From IMG/VR virus record IMGVR_UViG_3300011202_000008: a stretch of DNA of 64,000 nt, one strand, 5' to 3'. This DNA comes from an uncultured virus (IMG/VR IMGVR_UViG_3300011202_000008) (taxonomy: Duplodnaviria; Heunggongvirae; Uroviricota; Caudoviricetes). The notes under the pieces were generated by a model, which saw only the letters and a list, made by a program, of their open reading frames with translations, did not search any database and was not told the origin of the DNA. Shown in pieces: positions 29,301-39,275 of this stretch; position 1 is the stretch's first letter, and every line of letters begins with the position of its first letter. The position numbers and the translations under genes were made by a program.

Positions 29301-30317
29301 ATGAAACACATTTTGAAATGGCATGGAAGTAAAGGTTCCGAACTTGATATTATACATAAAAACAAACCTTCAAAAATTAACAGATTTATTGAACCTTTCC
29401 TTGGTAGTGGTGCCGTTTACTTCTCATTAGAGCATACATCAAATATAGTTAATGATTTTCATAAAGAATTGATGAGCTTTTATTCTATTATTAATAATCA
29501 AAAAGATTTTTCTATTTTTAAAGATATTATTGAACACGCAGAAGAAGAAAGAAGATTGGCCCGAAATATTACTAGTTTAGAACATATTTATGATGAGGCA
29601 TTAATCATCAATGATACTCCTATTTTTCATAAATATTTAATTAAGGAATTAAAATCAAAAGAAAAAACAATAGAAAAGATTAATCTTAAAAATGGCTATA
29701 TTTTGCCAGATAATGAAATATTAGACATAAAGATAACAGGAGTATGTGCAGCTCTTTATTATATGTATAGAGAGTTGTATAACATAAAAAATAAATCATC
29801 ATCTCTCGATGCTGAACACTTATCTTATTGGTTTATAATGAGAGAAATATGTTATTCAGGGATGTTTCGTTTTTCTGCTAAGGGCAATTTTAATGTTCCT
29901 TATGGGGGCCTTTCATATAATACTAAAATTTTTTCTAATAAACTTAAGCAAATAGAGATAATGAAAGAAAAATACTTCTTTAATAATACAGAGTTTAATA
30001 ATTTAGATTTTGAATCTTTATTCGTTAAGTATAACTTTTTTAATGAAAATGATTTTATTTTTCTTGATCCGCCTTATGATAGTGAGTTTTCCCAATATAA
30101 CATAGAGTCAGATTTCACCAAAATAGACCATATTCGATTAAGAGATAGTCTACTTAAGACTAAAGCTAATATTATGATGGTAATAAAAAATACTGATTTT
30201 ATTTATGAACTATATAAGGATAACTTTAAAATACAAATATTCGATAAAAGTTATAATGTTAATTTTAAAAATAGAAATAATAGAGATACACAGCATCTTA
30301 TTATTACTAATTATTAA
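29301..30317 (+). CDS. Dam-like (D12 class) DNA adenine methyltransferase
   Basis: LKWHGSK, EPFLGSGAV, FNVPYG, FLDPPY. Confidence 0.88.
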   Translation: MKHILKWHGSKGSELDIIHKNKPSKINRFIEPFLGSGAVYFSLEHTSNIVNDFHKELMSFYSIINNQKDFSIFKDIIEHAEEERRLARNITSLEHIYDEALIINDTPIFHKYLIKELKSKEKTIEKINLKNGYILPDNEILDIKITGVCAALYYMYRELYNIKNKSSSLDAEHLSYWFIMREICYSGMFRFSAKGNFNVPYGGLSYNTKIFSNKLKQIEIMKEKYFFNNTEFNNLDFESLFVKYNFFNENDFIFLDPPYDSEFSQYNIESDFTKIDHIRLRDSLLKTKANIMMVIKNTDFIYELYKDNFKIQIFDKSYNVNFKNRNNRDTQHLIITNY

Positions 30318-30388
30318 TTTGTTCTATTTGATTAATCACATTTTCTTGTTTATCATTAAATATAACTTAGGGAAAATAAGGTTAAAAC

Positions 30389-30970
30389 ATGATTATAACT
30401 ACAAATAATACCAATTCTACAGAACAGCAAATAGTTAATGATATAACAAAACAGATAGTCAGGTATCTTTTCTCACAATACCTTAATGTATCTGATCAAC
30501 CTATTGGATTTAGATGGACCAATTTTAAAGAAATGATGAATGTTTTTTGTCAAAAGCATTTTATTAAAAGCTTTGATGGAAAAACGAAAGAAGAAATTGG
30601 GGATATTTCCTCCATTATTCAAAACTCAGTAAACGAAGAATGTGATAAAATTATGTCCAATAGATCTATTACAGATTTACCTACCAAACAAATCTTTGAT
30701 GAGGTTGATTTATTAAATAGTATTTATTTTGATATCACAGTTAGCCTTTTAAATTCTTATTATCATGAAGATTATTTTTCTCATTTTTTCGAGTATAACG
30801 CATCTAACCAAACTCCATCAATATCACATTATCTTGATAGTAATCGTTCATTTATCAAACAGAGAGCTATCGAAAGATTGGATACTCTTTGTATTAACTT
30901 TAAAATAGATGATATCGACAAACAAATACTCACTAAGAAATTGGATAAATATTATTCTATCTCTCTTTAA
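30389..30970 (+). CDS. Hypothetical protein, paralogue family C
   Basis: QPIGFRW...SFIKQRA matches the next gene. Confidence 0.65.
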   Translation: MIITTNNTNSTEQQIVNDITKQIVRYLFSQYLNVSDQPIGFRWTNFKEMMNVFCQKHFIKSFDGKTKEEIGDISSIIQNSVNEECDKIMSNRSITDLPTKQIFDEVDLLNSIYFDITVSLLNSYYHEDYFSHFFEYNASNQTPSISHYLDSNRSFIKQRAIERLDTLCINFKIDDIDKQILTKKLDKYYSISL

Positions 30971-31038
30971 CGAATAATTGTATTTGAAATTTAAGTTTTT
31001 ATAGATTATATAATAACTATATTGGTTTTTTATAAGGG

Positions 31039-31647
31039 GTGAAAATGCAAGATAAATCAGAAAAAATTAAAAATTCTGAAAAAATAAAAAATGATACAAT
31101 TGAACTTTGTAGGCAATGTTTTGGGCAAAAACTGGTGCCTGTTAACCAGCCTATTAATTTTGATTGGGAAACCTTTCCAGAAGATATTGCTATACTGGCT
31201 AAAATGTTAATACCAGAAAAAGGTAAGCATGGTCATTATGGAAAGTATCAAATAGAAACCGTACAAAAAATCGCTTATAATACTGCAATAGCTGAAATTA
31301 ATAATTGGATGGAAGAAATAACAGATATTGGCCCTCTTCCTATTCGTTTATGGAAAAATGATAATGAAAAATTTAGAGACATCTTTATTTCATGCACTAC
31401 CTTTTTCTTAATGTCTTGGCCTTATTATTACTTTAAAAAAACAGGAAACTATGTTAGCGATAACCCCTATGATAACAGTAATAACATGTCTTTTATTAAG
31501 GATGAAGCTCTTGAGCTAGCTTTAGAACTTTCTAAAAAGTTTTTTAGCAAAAGTGCAAAAATACAAGAGGATCTTTATAGTCAAGTAAGCATTTTCTACA
31601 ATAACTATGAGAATAATGTTGGTTATTTCATGATTATTTCTAAGTAG
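31039..31647 (+). CDS. Hypothetical protein, paralogue family C
   Basis: QPINFDW...SFIKDEA. Confidence 0.65.
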   Translation: MKMQDKSEKIKNSEKIKNDTIELCRQCFGQKLVPVNQPINFDWETFPEDIAILAKMLIPEKGKHGHYGKYQIETVQKIAYNTAIAEINNWMEEITDIGPLPIRLWKNDNEKFRDIFISCTTFFLMSWPYYYFKKTGNYVSDNPYDNSNNMSFIKDEALELALELSKKFFSKSAKIQEDLYSQVSIFYNNYENNVGYFMIISK

Positions 31648-31744
31648 TTTAATACCTCTATTGTTCTAATAGAGGTTTATTTTATGTTTAATCATGTTAT
31701 AATATTTGATATTATTAAAATAACTATTTAAGGAATCGAATATT

Positions 31745-32380
31745 ATGCAACATTTAGATAAATTTAATATTATAAATTTTGATATTCCTATTAATTCCAA
31801 TAAAGCTATAAGACAAACAGAATATTTAAAAAAAATAGCTGAACAACATACTTTAATATTTCCTGTTACCTTTTATGAAAATGATAACTATTTGAAATCA
31901 AAAATAGATAAAGAACAACTTTACTTAGCATTCACAGAACCAAATAGTGAATCAATGAATGTTATTATGGATTATTATGAAAAAGCATTTCTCAACTTAG
32001 TTAGACAAACTTGCAATATCATATTTATCAAAATAGATGAATGTGAGAACCAAGGGAAAAATATTAACTTTAGTAATGAAGATCCTGTTTTGTGGTTTTT
32101 AAGTAATAATACTGTTCCTGAAAGTATTCAAGAAACTTACCTTGTTCAATATTCTATTAATAGATTCTTAATAGAATTAGCATTTAAAGAAGCATGTGCT
32201 CTCATATTTGATAACCTATTTGATCACTCAACGATGTTTCTTCCTATATATAAAGAACACCTCATTAAAAAATATTATAACAGTCAAAATACAACATATA
32301 ACGCAAATGTTAATAGGATTAAGGAAATAGAAATAAAAAACACAATATCTCTACTATCCCAATCTATTAATATTTCTTAA
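31745..32380 (+). CDS. Hypothetical protein
   Basis: 211 aa ORF, AAGGA RBS. Confidence 0.65.
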   Translation: MQHLDKFNIINFDIPINSNKAIRQTEYLKKIAEQHTLIFPVTFYENDNYLKSKIDKEQLYLAFTEPNSESMNVIMDYYEKAFLNLVRQTCNIIFIKIDECENQGKNINFSNEDPVLWFLSNNTVPESIQETYLVQYSINRFLIELAFKEACALIFDNLFDHSTMFLPIYKEHLIKKYYNSQNTTYNANVNRIKEIEIKNTISLLSQSINIS

Positions 32381-32412
32381 ATATATCAGCCATGCAATGG
32401 CTGATATTATAT

Positions 32413-33429
32413 TTAAGGCAATGGTGGATTTAAACCATAATCCTTAACGTCTACTATGATTTCTCCATCTCTCTCTTCAAGAGGATAAAAGGCTTTATTT
32501 AATTCTTTAGTGTTAAAACTTAACTTTTTATAATCAAAATAAACATTACCCCAAGTAATAAAAGCACTTTCCTTATTTCTTAATAATAAACTATTTTTAT
32601 CTTTTTTTAATCCTATAACAACTTTAGAATTTTCTACAATAGTATCTATTTCAGGTGTTTCTTCATTATAAACCATTACAACAGTTCTATCATCAGACAA
32701 ACTTCTAACAAACGATTTTAGATCTTTCTCTCTTGTAGAACGATAAATAACATCCATATTATCAAAAAATATAATATCAGGATTAATTTTATCTATAAAT
32801 TCTTTTAGGGAATCTTTATTTGTTAAGAAATTATAGTTCACATCCAATTTTAAAGGAATAAATGTTTCTGAATATTTTTCAAAATTTATTTTTCCTTTTA
32901 TTTGTTTTTCTAATATATATGAGAATATTTCATCTGTTAAACTATTATTTATATATAATACTTTACTTTGCTGTGTCGGGCATAAAAATACAGGATAACC
33001 TATAGATATTGCTAATGCTATTTGTAGAGCAAAACTTGTTGAACTCTCATGACTTCTTGAGGTTTGAGGCCCATACAATACAACATCATCTCCATAACAT
33101 ACTAACCCACGAATGATATTATTCTTTTTGAAAATTTTATACTTTTCTTCTAAATTGGCATATTCATGATTTTTTAAATCAATATTACTACTTACAACAT
33201 CTTGTATTTCTGAAAAACTATAATCTGTATATTTTTCGAAAAAAAATGGAATTGATTCTAATGTTTTTATATCTTCTTTGTTTTTCATTAAAGATACTTT
33301 ATCAATAGTTTTATTTATATGCTCATCATCATTATTTTCAACAAATACTAAGCCTTTAGAATTTTTATAACTACTATGGGATGTCTCTTTTATATAATTT
33401 AATAGCATTTTTTTAAATGTCTTATTCAT
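32413..33429 (-). CDS. RecA-fold (AAA_25/RepA helicase-like) protein with degenerate Walker A
   Basis: VLYGP...STSFALQIALAIS.G, KVLYIN and PDIIFFD; no GKS/T. Confidence 0.55.
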   Translation of the reverse strand: MNKTFKKMLLNYIKETSHSSYKNSKGLVFVENNDDEHINKTIDKVSLMKNKEDIKTLESIPFFFEKYTDYSFSEIQDVVSSNIDLKNHEYANLEEKYKIFKKNNIIRGLVCYGDDVVLYGPQTSRSHESSTSFALQIALAISIGYPVFLCPTQQSKVLYINNSLTDEIFSYILEKQIKGKINFEKYSETFIPLKLDVNYNFLTNKDSLKEFIDKINPDIIFFDNMDVIYRSTREKDLKSFVRSLSDDRTVVMVYNEETPEIDTIVENSKVVIGLKKDKNSLLLRNKESAFITWGNVYFDYKKLSFNTKELNKAFYPLEERDGEIIVDVKDYGLNPPLP

Positions 33430-33577
33430 ATTTATACTCTCTATTTTAATTCATATAATACCTTAACATGTTTTTTTCATTTAGATAACCTTTTTATTTT
33501 TAAAATTTTGCATTTTTATTTTTTTAATATAATATAATCTTCAGTAATACATAAACTATAAAACGAAGGAAATATAA

Positions 33578-33943
33578 ATGACAATAAATATTATACTTGC
33601 GATCATCCTTATTGGTGTGATTGGCTGGTATTCATACATAAAGTATCAAACTCATAATATTATTGAATATCATAATAGGGATGTTAGAGCTTATAAAGTA
33701 AAAAAATCTAAACGCTCATGTTTAAATGCCTGTAAGGAAAGAATGAATCTCGTTACTAAATATGAGAATACGCCATCTCTTATTGATATTCCAGCACTTA
33801 AAACAAAAATCAACAATCTTATTGTTGTTCTTCAATCTCCTAAAAACACAGATATGAATATGGCATACAATAAATTAAAAGAAATAGATACCGAGCTACT
33901 TATATTACTTAGCTCATCTTTAGGAGAAGAAGCATATGAATGA
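33578..33943 (+). CDS. Membrane-anchored protein
   Basis: N-terminal TM. Confidence 0.65.
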   Translation: MTINIILAIILIGVIGWYSYIKYQTHNIIEYHNRDVRAYKVKKSKRSCLNACKERMNLVTKYENTPSLIDIPALKTKINNLIVVLQSPKNTDMNMAYNKLKEIDTELLILLSSSLGEEAYE

Positions 33944-34325
33944 TTTAATTGTACCTGTTATAATGTTACTTGTTATTGCTTTTTTTGCTAATGCCGCTTT
34001 TAAAGCTTTAATTATAAAAACAGACAAACAAGACAGACAAGATAAGTATCAAGATGATATGAATATCCATCATGATAAGTTTATTGAAATACTCAATATT
34101 GTTAATAAAATAGAAGCTAAATGTGAACCTCAAGATAAAGCTGCATTAATGATGTTTCAAATGAAAATCAGAGAATTTGTTGAGCTTGTTGATAATGATA
34201 GCTATTGGTTAGAAAATCCATTCTATGATGTTGATGAAATGCTTCAACAGGCTGAATTCTTCTTTGGACAATATGGTTATAATGACCGCAAAGGCATACT
34301 TAAATTTGTTAATCTCCCTGATTAA
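33936..34325 (+). CDS. Membrane-anchored protein
   Basis: N-terminal TM; overlaps the upstream stop. Confidence 0.65.
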   Translation: MNDLIVPVIMLLVIAFFANAAFKALIIKTDKQDRQDKYQDDMNIHHDKFIEILNIVNKIEAKCEPQDKAALMMFQMKIREFVELVDNDSYWLENPFYDVDEMLQQAEFFFGQYGYNDRKGILKFVNLPD

Positions 34326-34486
34326 TGCCATCTTATCTTACCTTAAAGACCGACATTCCTTGTCGGTTTTTCTTTTTTTATTCATATAGTTAAAAAAATC
34401 TTTTTCTACGATAAAAAAAGCTAGCATTCAACAAAACATAGGCTTATAATAGCTCCCATACCGTTAATCACATAGGAAATAAATAA

Positions 34487-35818
34487 ATGAAGAAAGTTCT
34501 TAGTAGTCTGATTCTTGCTTTTGCCCTTTTGGTTTCAGCTCAGGCTTTTGCTGATCCTTCTGCTCGTTCAATGGATGCTATTAAATCTAAAGATTGGCAA
34601 CGTGCTGAACAATCTCTTTCTCAAGATCTTAAAGAAAACCGAAAAGATCCAGTTGCTTGGTATTTTCGTGCTCAAGTTCTGAATCATCTTCAGCGCCCTG
34701 ATGATGCTCTTAAATGCCTTGATAATGTTGTTAAACTTGATCCTAATTTCCGAAAAGATGCTGTAGATAGTTTGCGTCAGCGTCTACAATCTAACAGTAA
34801 GATTGTGGCAAATAGTAAAGCTACAGGTCAGCGTGTTGTTACAGAGTCTTCATTAGAGCGTAAACGCGCAGAACAAAATGATACATATGTTCGTAATACT
34901 ACTGTAGTTCCGGCTCCATCGGTTTCTGTTAGCCGTAGTGAACCTGTTTCAAAACCTGTAGCACCAACTCAAGTTGCTTCTACAAGTCATAATGAAAGTA
35001 GTGGTAGTGGTTTCCTTGGTTTTATGATTGCGTTGTTTGTTGTTGTAGGTGGCGGCTTCTTAGCATTCACATTTGTTAGCAAGCGTAGCACAGATAAAGC
35101 TATTCAGAAGTTCACTAAAGAAACGATTGCGAAATTGGTTGATGCTTATGAATCTCTTAAAGAAAAACGTGAGTTTTTGGATGTTAGTGATAAAAAAGGC
35201 ACATATTTGTTCGGACGTATTGAAACATTGATGCTGGATATTGATAGCCATACTCGTAAACTTAAAGCAGGTGATGCTGGTTATGATGGTTATGCTATCG
35301 AACGCACTCTCGATGAAGTAAAAACTGTAGAACGTAAATTTGAACTTAAAAGTTATGATGCTCCAGTTCAGCAACCTAAACCAGAGCCTGTTCGTAAACC
35401 TGTAGAGCCAGTTCGTCATTATGAAAGTGCTCCAGCTCCACGAAAAACTGAACAGCCTCGCTATGAACATCGTAATGAACGTAGCCACCGTGATAATGGT
35501 CATACTACAATCATTAATAATGGTAATAATGGTAGTGATTTGTTGAATACAGTAGCGACAACGATTTTAGTAAATGAGGCTCTAAATAGTAATCATCGCT
35601 CAAGAGAACGTGAAGTTGTTCGTGAAACACCTGTTTATCAGGATGATAGTAAAAATGATGATTTTAGCTTGGGTAGTGTGTTTGGTGGTAGCTCTTCATC
35701 AAGTTCAAGTATTTTTGATGATAGTAGTAGTCGTGATGATTTTAGTTTTGGTAGTGGTTCATCTGATAGTTCAAGCACCTATTCAGATAGTTCTAGCGAT
35801 GATGATTTTAAACTGTAA
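34487..35818 (+). CDS. Exported TPR protein with TM and Ser/Asp/Gly-rich tail
   Basis: Signal peptide (AFA), TPR helices (PVAWYFRAQVL...ALKCLDNVVKLDP), TM near aa 175-196, low-complexity C-terminus. Confidence 0.7.
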   Translation: MKKVLSSLILAFALLVSAQAFADPSARSMDAIKSKDWQRAEQSLSQDLKENRKDPVAWYFRAQVLNHLQRPDDALKCLDNVVKLDPNFRKDAVDSLRQRLQSNSKIVANSKATGQRVVTESSLERKRAEQNDTYVRNTTVVPAPSVSVSRSEPVSKPVAPTQVASTSHNESSGSGFLGFMIALFVVVGGGFLAFTFVSKRSTDKAIQKFTKETIAKLVDAYESLKEKREFLDVSDKKGTYLFGRIETLMLDIDSHTRKLKAGDAGYDGYAIERTLDEVKTVERKFELKSYDAPVQQPKPEPVRKPVEPVRHYESAPAPRKTEQPRYEHRNERSHRDNGHTTIINNGNNGSDLLNTVATTILVNEALNSNHRSREREVVRETPVYQDDSKNDDFSLGSVFGGSSSSSSSIFDDSSSRDDFSFGSGSSDSSSTYSDSSSDDDFKL

Positions 35819-35925
35819 TAAATAAGGGGGAACTCCCCCTTTTTATTAAAAAAAAGCTTGCTTTTAACAGTGTTTGTTCGTAAAATACAAACACTTAAAC
35901 AATACTACTTTATAGGAAAATTTAA

Positions 35926-36621
35926 ATGACTAAAAACTTTATTTCTAAACTCTTTGGCGGCGCATCTGTTTTCATTAATGAAATCGTAGAGAAAGGCATT
36001 GGCGCTGAACGTCTTGAAAAGGCAAGCCTTAATGAAATTAAAGAAAAGCTTGATGAAGTTGAAGTTGAGCAAAAAAATTATCAAGCTACATTTAATATTA
36101 TGAATAAAGATCTTGAAACGCTTGAACAGAAAATTGCTGAACTTGTAGGTATTCGTGATATGAATGTTGCGAAGTTTAAAGAAACTAATGATGAATCTTA
36201 TCGTGCTCGTGGTGTAAAAGCGATTGACATGATTAAGAAAGAAGAAGCTAAACGTGATGAAAAACAGAAAGAAATTGCTGATCACAAAGTTAGTCTCGAT
36301 GCCATTAATAATGCTGTAGCTGAACTTACTAAAGTTTATGAAGAACGTCAGAAACAACATGATTCGGCAGTTTCTCGTAGCACTATTGCTCAGGGAACTT
36401 CTAAAGCGGCAGATTTGATTGAAGATATTAGTTCATTTACCAATGCTAATGGTAATAGTAAGTTTGCGGAAGAAACTCGCCATCAAGAAGAACTTGCTAA
36501 ACTTAAAATCGCTGGCATTACTAAAGGTAGTGAAGATAATGTTGACGACTTTATTAAACAATCTAAAGCAGCACAGAATCAATCTTCTTCTTCGGATGAA
36601 TTTGATAACTTGCTTAAGTAA
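35926..36621 (+). CDS. PspA/IM30-like coiled-coil protein
   Basis: Amphipathic N-terminus (NFISKLFG), long heptad coiled coil, 231 aa. Confidence 0.5.
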   Translation: MTKNFISKLFGGASVFINEIVEKGIGAERLEKASLNEIKEKLDEVEVEQKNYQATFNIMNKDLETLEQKIAELVGIRDMNVAKFKETNDESYRARGVKAIDMIKKEEAKRDEKQKEIADHKVSLDAINNAVAELTKVYEERQKQHDSAVSRSTIAQGTSKAADLIEDISSFTNANGNSKFAEETRHQEELAKLKIAGITKGSEDNVDDFIKQSKAAQNQSSSSDEFDNLLK

Positions 36622-36683
36622 TAAATAAATCATTATAATATAAAGTAGAGCTTCGGCTCTACTTTCTTCTTAGGGGAAAGATT

Positions 36684-37469
36684 ATGACTCTTACAAAAAA
36701 TACCGTATATAGCCTCGATCAACAAATTAATATTCATAATAGTAAAAACACATATTCTCAAAGCGATTTCGCTTATGTTGTTAAGGTAGGTAAGAAAAAT
36801 GATGTTCTTCTTATTAGCTCTAAAAACCCAAAACAAGTTAGCATTATTTCTACTCCAAAACTTAAAGTTATACCTTTAACAAAAGAAAAAGAAGCTATTT
36901 TCAATAGCCTTCCTATTGTTTCCTATTTTGATTATAAAAAAGGTGATGCTGTAGTTCTGAAACAACCTTTTGATATTGGTGGAACTGAACTTCCTGTTGG
37001 GACTCGACTTACTATTAAAAGCCCTAAGATTCCATTCGTATTTGAATTTATTAATCCAGATAATAAAGAACAAACTATGTCTCTGTCTTTATTTTCTCCA
37101 TGTGAACTGGATATTGAAAAAGCAGAATCTTTAATTGAAGATGAAATTAAAGACTATAATCTTTCAGGTTTTAAAAGCTTGGGTTATGGTCATGATTCAG
37201 AAGTCTATAAGGGCAATATTAAAAAAGGTAAAAAAAAGGTATTTTCATTTAGTGATGATGGATGGGGTGGTGAACTACAGATAGATATCGTTGATAAAGA
37301 AGAGTTCGAGCTTCTTAAAGATAAAATGACATCTATTATCTTATCTTCTTTGTATTGCCAAAAAATGAACGTTAATGCGATTGGTTCTTATGATTTTTTC
37401 GTAGCATACTTACGACATCAATCTTATAACTATCACTCTTTTAAAGATTATCTTGATAGTTTCCTATAA
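36684..37469 (+). CDS. Hypothetical protein
   Basis: 261 aa ORF; DDGWGG motif. Confidence 0.65.
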   Translation: MTLTKNTVYSLDQQINIHNSKNTYSQSDFAYVVKVGKKNDVLLISSKNPKQVSIISTPKLKVIPLTKEKEAIFNSLPIVSYFDYKKGDAVVLKQPFDIGGTELPVGTRLTIKSPKIPFVFEFINPDNKEQTMSLSLFSPCELDIEKAESLIEDEIKDYNLSGFKSLGYGHDSEVYKGNIKKGKKKVFSFSDDGWGGELQIDIVDKEEFELLKDKMTSIILSSLYCQKMNVNAIGSYDFFVAYLRHQSYNYHSFKDYLDSFL

Positions 37470-37537
37470 CCTGTTAAATGCTCCTATAAGTCTATAGGAG
37501 CATCTTTTTTTAAACAGTAAAAAGATTATTCACCTAT

Positions 37538-37915
37538 TTAAAAAACCTCACATAAACCCGCACATCCACCATTATGATAATAAATAATCTTTATACTGAC
37601 ATTACTAACATCGAAACCTGATTTTTTTAACCAGTTTTTTATTTTATTAACTTTTTTCAAATCTATTGATTCATTGATATAATCTACATCAACGTTATCA
37701 TTGAGGATATAATCTAAACATATCTTTCCTTTTATCTCATATACTGCTATTGGATGTTTACCTTCATATTTAAAATAAGATATATCTTCACTCTTATATT
37801 TCTTTGACACATCATTAGCTTCTTCATTAAAAACATTTTTAGCTATTTCGTATAGCTCTGATATACTTTTTTCTTGTATAGCTCTTATTGCTATAGATGA
37901 ACACATGTAAGACAT
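37538..37915 (-). CDS. Hypothetical protein
   Basis: 125 aa ORF, GAGG RBS. Confidence 0.6.
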   Translation of the reverse strand: MSYMCSSIAIRAIQEKSISELYEIAKNVFNEEANDVSKKYKSEDISYFKYEGKHPIAVYEIKGKICLDYILNDNVDVDYINESIDLKKVNKIKNWLKKSGFDVSNVSIKIIYYHNGGCAGLCEVF

Positions 37916-38040
37916 TATTTTATCCTCATTTAATATTTTATCAATTAAACCATATTTTTATTTTTTAATCAAAAGTAAAACAACTTGATTTTAACTAATA
38001 AAATAGATATTATAGTTATTCTAAACAAAAAGGATATATC

Positions 38041-38115
38041 ATGGATTATTTAGCAAAAAATATAAATGTGTCGTTAACGAGCTTTCGTTGGCGTTGGCAA
38101 ACTTATATCTGCTAG
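38041..38115 (+). CDS. trpS leader peptide (24 aa, two Trp codons)
   Basis: AAGGA RBS; MDYLAKNINVSLTSFRWRWQTYIC; promoter TTGATT-17-TATTAT at 37985-38013. Confidence 0.8.
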   Translation: MDYLAKNINVSLTSFRWRWQTYIC

Positions 38116-38116
38116 A

Positions 38117-38184
38117 TAACCAAAGTCTATTGCTCATGCATCCTTTGGTTAAAATTAATGTCAAAATTTAAAAACCAAAAGGAT
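38117..38184 (+). promoter_or_regulatory. Translational attenuator (anti-SD / anti-anti-SD) of trpS
   Basis: Segment B (atcctttggtta, 38140-51) can pair with either A (taaccaaag, 38117-25) or C (aaccaaaaggat, 38173-84), which contains the trpS SD. Confidence 0.7.
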
Positions 38185-38191
38185 AAAAAAA

Positions 38192-39223
38192 ATGAATAAA
38201 CACCTCCCTATCAGTCTAACTGGTGATCGCCCTACTGGTCCTTTACATATTGGACACCTCGTAGGAAGTCTTTTAAACAGAGTTGCTATACAAGATACTC
38301 ATCAATCTTTTATCATGATTGCTGATGCTCAAGCATATACTGATAACATTGATAATAAAGAAAAGGTTCAAAAAGCTATTTTCCAAGTCGTTGAAGACTA
38401 TCTTTCTGTTGGTATCGATCCAAGTAAAACAACGATTTTTCTTCAATCAGCTATTCCAGAGTTATTTGAACTAACCTTCTATTTTACAAACTTTGTTACT
38501 GTCTCTCGTTTAGAACGAAACCCTACTATTAGACATGAAATATTCCAACGATTTACCTCTGAAAAAACAGAAATGGAATATATCCCTAGAAATATACCCA
38601 CTGGATTTTTAATTTATCCTATTAGTCAGGCCGCAGATATTTTAGCATTTAATGCCGATATAGTTCCAGTGGGTGAAGACCAACTCCCCATGATTGAACA
38701 GGCTAATGAAATAGCTCTTTCTCTTAATAGAAATGTAGGAGAAAATATTCTTAAAACTTGTTCTCCTATGCTTAGTTCATCAGCTAGACTTCCCGGCATA
38801 GATGGCAACAGCAAAATGGGTAAAAGCTTAGGAAATACGTTGAATCTCAATTCTACTAATGATGAGATAATTAAGATAGTTAAAAAAATGTATACTGATC
38901 CTAATCATCTTCGTATATCAGATCCCGGCAAAATAGAAGGAAATACAGTATTTTCATATTTAGATGCTTTTCATCATGATAAAAACTTAATTTCAGACCT
39001 AAAAGAACACTATCAACGAGGCGGTCTTGGAGATAGTTCGGTTAAAAAAATATTATCTGATACTCTTTTAGAATTCTTTGAACCTATACAAAAAAGACGT
39101 TCTTCTATCGAGGAAGAACAACTTAAACAAATCATAAAAGACGGAACTTTTTATGCTAGGAATATCGCATCTGATACCGTTAATAAAGTGAAAAAATCTT
39201 TAGGATTAGGAATTCAGTTTTAA
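38192..39223 (+). CDS. trpS: Tryptophanyl-tRNA synthetase (TrpRS II type)
   Basis: TGDRPTGPLHIGH, YPISQAADIL, VPVGEDQ, KMGKS. Confidence 0.95.
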   Translation: MNKHLPISLTGDRPTGPLHIGHLVGSLLNRVAIQDTHQSFIMIADAQAYTDNIDNKEKVQKAIFQVVEDYLSVGIDPSKTTIFLQSAIPELFELTFYFTNFVTVSRLERNPTIRHEIFQRFTSEKTEMEYIPRNIPTGFLIYPISQAADILAFNADIVPVGEDQLPMIEQANEIALSLNRNVGENILKTCSPMLSSSARLPGIDGNSKMGKSLGNTLNLNSTNDEIIKIVKKMYTDPNHLRISDPGKIEGNTVFSYLDAFHHDKNLISDLKEHYQRGGLGDSSVKKILSDTLLEFFEPIQKRRSSIEEEQLKQIIKDGTFYARNIASDTVNKVKKSLGLGIQF

Positions 39224-39240
39224 ATATTCTGAAAATAAAA

Positions 39241-39269
39241 TTGACATAATAAAAACAATATTTTATACT
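39241..39269 (+). promoter_or_regulatory. Near-consensus sigma70 promoter
   Basis: TTGACA-17 bp-TATACT. Confidence 0.8.
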
Positions 39270-39275
39270 TTCCTA

